DNA of 64,000 bases, taken from positions 39,434,001 to 39,498,000 of the forward strand of contig NW_024704742.1 of assembly GCF_018977255.1 (NCBI RefSeq), given 5' to 3'. This document shows positions 54,860 through 64,000 of this stretch, in pieces. The first letter of the stretch is position 1. Each line of letters starts with the position of its first letter. The notes under the pieces were generated by a model. It was not told the DNA's origin, searched no databases, and saw nothing but the letters and a program-made list of their open reading frames with translations. The translations under genes were made by a program, and so were the position numbers. Source of the DNA: Callorhinchus milii. Lineage: Eukaryota.

Positions 54860-55446
54860 GGGACTATCCTCCTGTTGTTAGGGGTGAGGGGGGGGGGGGG
54901 GGGGGGTGGAGAGACTAGTTGGGTCTCCTTAGACTTGAACTGACAATGTTTGGCAATGGCATATCACATTCCAGCCAACCCTGTGTGGTGGTCTCCTGAG
55001 GCAGGTAGGTCCAATTCCGGAGACAGGTGGGTCTGCAGTATTCCAGGGCACTGCTGATGACAGTGCAGTCAGCCTGGCTCATCGGCAGGACTTAGAAGAG
55101 CAGACCAGTAACTGGGGGGCAGGGACTCTTTCCACTCAGCTCCCGAAAAGCCTGCAAGCCAAAGCCCTGTTGATTAGGATGGTCCGAGCTGGACAAGCAG
55201 TGGAAAGCTTGCCAGACATTGCTTTCAATGGTTTTAGCTGGTTAGACTCCAATAGTACCCCAACGCACACTTTGGGGTTTACAAGCCTTGGCTCTTGCTA
55301 ACCTGCACCTCATACTTTCTGGAATTAGTAAACAGGATTCATCCCTTGAGGCAGAGTGCTCATTCCATTCTAATAAACGTCTCTGAAATTCCCATCTGTA
55401 GGTGGGATGCAAGGAACATCCATCTTGGTTTGGATATTCTTAATCA
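54860..55446. repeat. Unclassified interspersed repeat, copy 2
   Basis: Shares ctgcagta.tccagggcactgct, aagcttgccagaca and ttttagctggttagactcc..agtaccccaacgcacact with 32090-32740. Confidence 0.75.
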
Positions 55447-56291
55447 TAGTGTTAGCTGACCCCAAAACATTGTTTTTAAGAAATAAAACAAGTGAAAAAG
55501 TTTGATGTAAGAAGAGGTTTGTGATGTGATAAATATCATATCTCGGGACATTCCTCTCCTTGGGTTGTCCTAAGCAAACTGTTGTGGGGGCCTTCTGTAA
55601 CCCAAGTTTATTAGAACGCTGCTTCTAGAAGCTAGTCATTGTCGCTATAGATCCTGCCATTAGAATATTTTAATGTTGGTTCGGTGGTGTAGCAATATTA
55701 AAATCCACATAAAGGAAGGTTTCCTGAAGCATTGTTGCTGGAATGCTGGCATCCGTGTGGTGGTGGATTCAAAGGCTTTGCTGGCCATCTCAATAGATGC
55801 AAAAGCATTTTAAGAGAGTTGGGTGAGGGAGTGTTCTCCCAAGGCATTTTTCATTTGGAACATCTGCAGAAGAGGAATGTTGCATGTTAAGATAATTATC
55901 ATCCTCACATACATATTTTTCACCTCTTAGTTTTAAATGGATTGTAATGTATTTGTGGTCATATTTAGTTTAGCAGCACAGATGGAAAATACTGTTAATG
56001 AATTCATAATTCTATTTTAATATGGAGCATTGCAAAAAAATCACTGTACTAGTGATAAGGATTGTGCATTGCTCACTCAATCTTCCTGTAGATTCATTTA
56101 AATGATGTATGTTCGTTTTTAAACAATCACTGATTTTTTAAAAATATTGCTCCAAATCACTTTCATATAAAACAAGAGAGAAATACCTGTTGCAGCTTTG
56201 CTTGCAAACAAAGATTCCAATATGAAATGTAGATTGACACATTGCACAGACAGACACACAGACAGACATTTCACCTTTATCTATACTCAGC

Positions 56292-56362
56292 TGGGAGGAC
56301 TCCTGTGGGAGGACTCCTGTGGAAGGACTCCTTTTGGGAGGCCTTCTATGGGAGGATTCCTA
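56292..56362. repeat. ~14-bp minisatellite TGGGAGGACTCCTG, about 5 copies
   Basis: Directly visible. Confidence 0.85.
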
Positions 56363-57239
56363 TCCAAGCTACGCTAACCGAAGAGGTTTACTGTGCAATC
56401 CAGCAGGTCCTCGAATTATTGCAAGGCAAAACTGCCATATATTTGTTGAAGAATATATTAGTATAGATGTATCTCTTTAGAAGGGTGTACGTTTTCCTCT
56501 GTGGCTACTTTATTGCAGAAACCATGCATACCTCATATTTTGGGGCTTAATTAAAGCATTTCTAAATATAGCTCATGAACAATAGGAGATCCCCTCCAAA
56601 AAAATGCCCATGACACTCATGCATGAAAGACCTTTCCGATGAGGTATAAATCATGGATCTACGTCAATCGGTTATTGCATTATTGGCAGATACACAGACA
56701 GATTTATTAGTATAAATAAGAAAAATAAGCAACCCCATCAGGTTTTGTTTTCCAGAAATTACATGCTGACTCATAAAGCAATAGAGACCAAAGAAGTGTA
56801 GCATTGTGTACACTGTCTCTGTGATCTCTTACCCCACTCCTTTGCTTGTCCCTCTACCCACCTAACGCGGCTTGCGGCTTGTCTCCTGTTCTATTAGGTG
56901 GCTGAGCCTTCAGCTACAATGTCCCTAACCGACAACCAGATGTACTCCAGTTCTCCAGGTCAGCCTGATCAGAGCACTAAACATGAAGATAGAGGAGGTT
57001 GAAATCAATTGATTTTCAATATAGTCCAGCATCCGGTGTGCCTTGTTTATTGCTGGCTGACACTTGTTGGACATGGTGAGTGATGGGTCAGCTACCATTA
57101 CAATTCTCTTTCAGCTATTGGCAAATTGTAATTCATCGATCAATTTGGGGGATCAGAATGCAACCGATATGGCAATGTAGCTCAGCATTGAATTGTGTTT
57201 TTGATTGCTGCCTTACAAGGTCTGGTTGTAACGAATAAC

Positions 57240-57805
57240 GAGTCAACTGATCCCTGCACCTTCCAGCTCTTTAAAGTTAACTCCTATTCATGTTCTTTCC
57301 CCTCCAGGATTGCTTTTATTTCCAATATGCAGTCCCTTGTGTTTATATATGTTGAACTTCATTTGCATATGATCAGTGTTATATCTTGTTAAGCACTCCT
57401 TATAGGCTTAGCATTTCATTTTAGTCAATAGGTTTATGTTATGTGAAAATGTAACTGCATTTCAGTATGTCTGCTTGTTTGGATCATTTATGTATAATAA
57501 AAACAGGGTGATCTAATTGAGCTTTATAAAATAATGAAGCAAATTTAACAATATGGATAGGGAGCAATCTTTCCCTCTAGTAGGGGAGAAATCGAGAAGA
57601 CATTTTTTTAATAAAAAGAGCAAAAATAAAGTGAAACCAGAAAGCCTTTCTTCATAGAGTGCACTGCCCTACAAAGCCAAAGATGCAGAATCAATTGAGA
57701 TGCTCAAGAGGAGATAGATACTTGTGAAGGAAGAATATTCTGATGTATGGAGAAAAGGTTAGAAAATTGGATTAAGAAGATAAAGAGCTGCCTCGATGAG
57801 CCGAA
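57240..57805. mobile_element. Old CR1 fragments in opposite orientations
   Basis: Minus 57240-57500 (RT region); plus 57500-57805 (GDLIELYKIM). Confidence 0.55.
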
Positions 57806-60549
57806 GTGCTTATAAATAGCCAACATGCTGAAGATATCCACTGTTCATATTACAGTATGTTTGGGGAAAGCTGGAATAGAGGGGAAAAATCAGTCCTAGA
57901 TGTAACAAAAACATTTAGTTTGAGATCCAGAAAAATCGTAAATCTTAATTTGAACTTTTTTTCTGTAAAATAAAAAAAAACATTTTAGGTATCTTTATTG
58001 CAATTTGAAATGCTAGTTGATTTTGTGGTATCTCTTAATTAAGAAATCCAGAAATTTGTAAATCTAACTTGCATGAATGCTACTCCAACTGTAACTATAT
58101 TCTGAGTGGTGTTCCAATACCCTTTAGTCATTGGAACATCCAGTAGCTATAAGAAGTCCAATTCCAGATTTCTTAATTAAGAAATAGCCCCAAAACAACT
58201 CCTTTAAGTGTAAATTAAAAGAAAGTTCTTCAAGAAAACAAAAAATAGTTTCTATGCAAAATCCACAGTGAGACAGAAGTTCTGATATTTTTTAGAAGAA
58301 TGGGTGCAACAATAATAGAAATATTTAAAAAAAATCTTATCCTGACCTGTAAATTCAAATGAGTTAATCTTGCTTTATTCACAGAATTTAAAGGATGTCC
58401 GGTGGTTTGAGTGGAGTCTGGGAATCTTGGTATCTCAGACAAAGTGAAGTTTATGACGTTGTCTTCAGAAAGAATAAAAGTCACAGCACTCTGCACAAGT
58501 CCAAAAAATAATCCAGATACATTGATAAATGGACTGTGATTCTTGTGGACATGCTAAAGTCAAAATCTCAAATGCACAAGTTCAATTCATTGGTTTGTGT
58601 TTTGGTAAATACATATTTTGCTGTTTGTAACTGGTAACTCATATTCACTGGTCTGCAAAAGTCTACTGGAGACTTGGTAGCACATCAAGAGCACATGTAC
58701 CTGTGATACCAATAGAGGCATGGGTCAATTGCAAGGTCAAAGCATCAATGCATAATAGCAGTTCAGATCATAGAGGACAGAAATTCCTCATACTGGATCA
58801 ACTAAGAGACATTTCATAAGGGAAATAGCACTGTTAAAAAAAAACTCAAAACATTTAACAATCCATGCTTGTTTTGGCCTTTATGGCTAACAGAGTTCAT
58901 TCAGTTCCAAATAGAGCATAATGGATTTGATAAATGTTTGGCCAACTTAAACAATTTCAATCTGTATAAAACACAGCTGTCTTTACACTTTGCTCTTAGT
59001 TTCTATGTAATGCCCTTTACAGCCGTCAGAGCTTAATGTCACACATAAGCATGATCAAATAATTCATTCATACTCACTGAGGTCTACAGTTGAATATTTC
59101 CAATCATGCTCTTGTTGGTGTTTTACTACATATATAGTTAATTACAATATCGCATATTGGAATTTGAAGCTGGCTGTTAAATGGCTGTTAAGATAAATGC
59201 ATGTACTTTATAAAGTGAGTGATCATACTTTATGAGGGAAGTACACACACCAACATAATCATTGAAAATACCTTTAGCACCTGCAAGTTAGGATATTACT
59301 CTCAAATATCCTAGGACCTAGAACATTGAAGTCATTAAGCTAACATGCATGTATGTGAATGCTCATCCTGTGCTCTTTGGGTATCTGGAAATGTTAATTC
59401 ATGTCGCCAACGAATTATTCGCAAGAAATTGCGTGTACAATATGAACTGACCACCTGGACAAAGAGGTTTGTTTTTACATTTCAATTATTCTATTGTAAC
59501 TTATTCTGGAGGGAATTGATTGTGTAAATTGAATAGCCCATACAACAATTTGATTCCGGGTAGAAGCAGGAAGCATAAATTTAGTCTGAGACCAAACTGT
59601 AAGTACAAGTTCAGTCAGGAAACTCAGTGGTAAATATCAGCTCAGTCTGAAGGTGAAAAGCAAAGGCAAACAAGCCTGGACTGAGATTCAGCAGAAACTG
59701 CAAAAAACCCAGTATGTTATTTGGCAAATACAGTGCTAAAACCAAGCCAAAACGTTTGAATAAATACAGCAAGTCCAAACTGGTATTCCGAAACAAGTAC
59801 AACAAATCCTCATTATGAGTTAGTATTAACTACACTGAATCCAACAACCCAAGCTTTAACATCTCAGTAACATTACCTGGATGGAAACTGTATGTCTAAT
59901 GTATGCTGAGATACAAGTCAAAGTAGATTAGTATAATACATACATGACAAGTGATAAGCTGCAAATGGAAAGAGCTGACTGTCAGATGTTCTGGATCAGT
60001 AAAAATATCACATGCAGTTTGAGACTAGGAAGTGGGCGTCTCTACACACATTGAAAGAATGCGTGGACCTCTTCCACTTTAATGTGGATGAATGTATTTT
60101 CAGTATTTTTATCCTGGGAGAATTTTACATTTTGTATAGTGTTTTTGCCGAGTTCTTGGGTTTGTCGATTTTAGAAACTTCTGGTATTATGAATCGAATA
60201 GGAGGAATAAGAAGGTTAAAGGTTGTTTAATTTAGACTTTCACCAATGTTTCTGTACAAGGATTGCACAGCTCCTGTTACATGAATTTTAGTACTGCATG
60301 CCAAAGTTTGCCCCACAAAGACCCCTTTTTTGTTAGTTTTCAGTTGGGCCAAGTTGTGGTAAATTGAGAACTTAAGCAAGTGCCTTTTGCAATTTAAAAA
60401 AAAATGAAAACAGATTAGTGCAGGTGTAACTCACAAGGAAATTGAGATTATAAGAATAAAGGCAACAGAATAAGAGTGGGAGGAATGGAAAGCAAATACT
60501 GTATCACGAGGCAAAGCAGCAGAGTACAGCACAATGGCCATTTAGAAAG

Positions 60550-60930
60550 CTCCATCAATGGGCTAGTGGGTAAAACCTCTGCTCTGTGCAGCACTGTCTC
60601 ACAGACGGGAAGTTTGCAGGCCCAGCTAGGTTAACTGACTGCATTTGGCTAACAGTCTGAACATTACAATTGGCTTTATTAGCGGCTATAACCAGCCGCT
60701 CTGGGTTAGGGAGGGAAAATCAACCAGGATTTCTGCTCTTGATTATTATCTAAAGACCATCGATGGAAGGCTTGAGTATGAATGTCAGCTCAGGATACGA
60801 TCAGACTCGGCTGTGACACTTAGTTGACTAGAGAACCAAAGCTGACTGTGATACCTAAATAAACTCTACGTGGGCAAGGTACAGAGAGCACCCAGGGAAT
60901 GTCTCCCCAGTACCCCAGCAGAAGAGAAAA
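60550..60930 (+). mobile_element. Old SINE-like repeat (LmeSINE1-like by recollection)
   Basis: gggagggaaaatcaaccagga...ctcggctgtga...tgggcaaggtac; related fragments at ~43890, ~45890 and 30060-30445. Confidence 0.5.
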
Positions 60931-62594
60931 AGGAAATCCCTTCTCTCCTCCATCTCTCCATCAGTGAAGCCTGAGGAAATCCCAATGTGAGTGTATTTTA
61001 TAAAAATAATATTAATAATAATAATTCTTGCATTTGATATAGGGCCTTATCACGTCTTCAAGACTTCTCAAAGCGCTTCACAGACTATACTGTAAAGTGA
61101 ATTGCCTGAATATTTTGTGGGCATTTTGGGCATAAAATAGCACACATGAGGAAACTGGATATATAAAGCTTGCTTCCTATAGTGTTTTATTAATTGATAT
61201 CTATTGGGATGCCAACAGATTACAGGGAGGATAGGGTTGTTTGAGAGATCTTGGGGAACAGCACTGTTTACACAGGCCAGGGTTAACTTCAGTAACAATT
61301 AATAGCAGACTCCAAACCATTTCATACTTTCCACTGGAGCTAATTAATGCAACAGACGGGTTAAGGGAGGCCATCAGTTTTACCCCATGAACTTTGACTG
61401 CCAGCCAAAGAAGAGTGAAATAGAGGCCACAGAGAACCAAAACAATGCTTCTATTGCCAAGAGAAGCTGTGATTAAACTGTCTGACCCTGTGAGTCTGTA
61501 GAGGGTGATAAACGCTGATATGTGGTTATCCATTAGTAAACTCAGTAAATGTTTTTCCCTGTATGCATTTTTGTCCCCCAAACTCAAATGCTATGAACCC
61601 ATATCTAACAAAAATATTTGGAATACAAACAAATCCTTTAATTGATTTTTAAAAATAATACAATACCAACTTTTCATATGTAGACATCGATAATATTTTG
61701 AACTATGAAATGAAATCAGTACTGGCAACCTAATGAACTGTTTTTTCTTTCCAATAGTGAACCTGAACCATCTGGAATTGAGAGTACAACTGCATCATGC
61801 AATGCACCAGAATTCATACATTTACAACCATCACAACTACACCAGGCTCCACATATTTTATTACCAAGCTTCCCTTATTCTATTACACAAGTTACTCCTG
61901 TGAACAGTCCTCTCTTATTGCCTCCCAAGCTCCAAATTGGTTCCTCTGTATACTTGTTTATTTTCTACATTCTCACTGTGCTGTAATAAAATTTCCTCAG
62001 ACTCTTTCCTATTCAAATTCATTCCTTCGCCATATTCTTTCTCTATTTCACCTTCTGGAACTTTCTGTCTCAATATCTCCACCCTGCCCCCTCTCTGTCC
62101 ATCTTCAAATCACACCTGAAGATTTTCCTTTTTAATTTTGTTTTCAGTCACCTCCTTTCCCACCTTTGTGCTCAGTATCAAGATAATTCTGCAGGCAAAT
62201 ATAGCCTATGATTGATCAGAGGAAGGACAAGGTAGGAAAATATCCTTCCATTTGATATACTATAATTCTTGCAAATAGCTCATCACATCGTTTCACCCAC
62301 AAAATACACAATCAATCTACTTCATAATATATTCCGTGAAGCACTTTGAGATGTCTCAATTATGTGGTAAGGTGCTATATCAAATTCAAGGATTATTATT
62401 AGTAGTAATAATATTATCATTGAGGCATCTCAAAGCATATCAAAATCTATCTTGGGGATGAATACAAAGATAGGACTGTCAATTATGAAAGGGATATCAA
62501 TCAGTTTTGCTTCATACCTGCTTGTGGGACACTGCTATATGCACATTGGCTTCCATGGCTCCCAACACTTCATTTTCCAGTAAATCCTGTGAAG

Positions 62595-62839
62595 CAAGTT
62601 TCCTTACTCCACACAGCTCTGGTTACCTAGCAGTAAATAGGAACCTGGTTGGTAGTCAATTGGCAGACCATTTTCTGGAGTGATAATCCCTTCCAAAATG
62701 AAATGGTTACTCAATCCCCCAAAATGGACTGATTGGGGGATTATGTGCGAAATGGCTGCAACATTTGCCTACAAATATACTTAACAGCAATTCTCTGTGA
62801 AGTATTTGAGATGGTTGATGTTATATCAAATGCAAGTGA
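62595..62839 (+). mobile_element. SINE long variant, 5'-truncated
   Basis: caagtttccttactccacac through to the atcaaatgcaag tail. Confidence 0.7.
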
Positions 62840-63344
62840 TCTTGGGACTAAGCAGAACAAGGATAACTCTTGATTCACTCTCCAAGGAATCCTAAAGTCA
62901 TGGAAGGACAGTATTGTAGTGAGGTAGCAGTTAACCATGTGAGGAGAGATTTCTCTGACCTTAAAGATGTATGGTGTATTAAGGGTTAATTAGATTTGTT
63001 CACCCAATTATAATCTTTAACACAATTCTGAACAACAACAACATGTTGGAAAATATGAACCTGTGTCACATTTGCCCCTGCAAAATGCTGTGGGTGTCAA
63101 AATTATCATAAAATAGAAAGTCATGTGTGGCTCAATTTACATAGGTTCAAAATATACACAAAAATTAGCTTATTCTGCTAAGTTTCATCGTACTAATTAT
63201 TTGGAATTGTTTTGAAAAGAAATTCATTTGTCAAATAATTATGTTGATTGTTAAAAATAGCAATATTTTCAGGTTGTAGATTCGACTAGATTTTTCCCCA
63301 AAAAGACCTTTTTTATCGAGTGGCATTTGATAGGCCTCATGGAT

Positions 63345-63622
63345 TCACTTGCATTTGATATAACGTCAACCATCTCAAATACTTCACAGAGTATTGCTGT
63401 TAAGTATATTCGTAGGCAAATGTTGCAGCTATTTCGCACATAAGATAATAGTAATCTTTGCATTTGATTTAGCACCTTATCACATCGTCGAGACATCTCA
63501 AAGCACTTCACAGAATATACTGTAAAGTGAAATGACTATATATTTTTGTGGGCGAAACACAGCAGCCAATTGCACAGAGCAGTGTCCCACAAACAGTCCA
63601 TTTGGGGGGATTGAGTAACCAC
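63345..63622 (-). mobile_element. Two tandem SINE 3' parts
   Basis: Reverse tails at 63345-63443 and 63444-63622. Confidence 0.75.
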
Positions 63623-64000
63623 ATATTCAAATATATGAGTTGTTAATATTTTAATGAACAGCCAGAACCTTTTAATATTGATTGAAAGACTCGGTGATGA
63701 AAAACAAGTATGCTAATTGTACTGTTGACAAAGTTATCTGTGTTATCACTGGCTTCATTCCATGTACTGATTTAAGACATCCTGCACAGCATGGTGTTAT
63801 AAATAGCACATAACTAATTGAGTTTCAGCCACTTGATCAGTCAGTTTCCTTGAGCCAGTGTAGAAGCCTCCTATTCCACTGCCTTCGCACAGAATACTGG
63901 TAACCAGGAAGGACCTTTGTCAAACCCAGGTCTTGTTTACGTAACTCAAATGGACCTTTTAACCAGTAATAATTATTTTTAATGAGCTACTTAGTTTTCT

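Noticed and set aside
55030..55150. Hammerhead or HDV-like ribozyme in the unclassified repeat
   Set aside because: CTGATGA is not conserved in the other copy and I could not build the required stems with a suitably placed GAAA.
56292..56362. CRISPR-like array
   Set aside because: Head-to-tail minisatellite with no unique spacers, in a eukaryotic context.

Overview
Vertebrate genomic DNA, most likely from a cartilaginous fish and probably a chimaera such as elephant shark; this is inferred from the SINE, L2, CR1 and Penelope repertoire. There is one protein-coding gene, on the minus strand: heparan sulfate glucosamine 3-O-sulfotransferase 1 (HS3ST1). It has a single coding exon (ATG at 10411, stop ending at 9464) and a predicted non-coding first exon in a CpG island at about 14.1-15.45 kb. 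That island contains a ~660-bp GAGCT/GTGCT/TATGTG tandem array that resembles an immunoglobulin switch region. The rest is a gene-poor region full of decayed L2 and CR1 LINE 3' fragments, tRNA-derived SINEs that share the L2 3' stem-loop tail, Penelope-like pLTRs with hammerhead-ribozyme remnants, several inverted-repeat structures and a candidate TCF/PBX-MEIS enhancer. Most other ORFs in the track are repeat-derived or spurious. Repeat boundaries are read by eye and are approximate.
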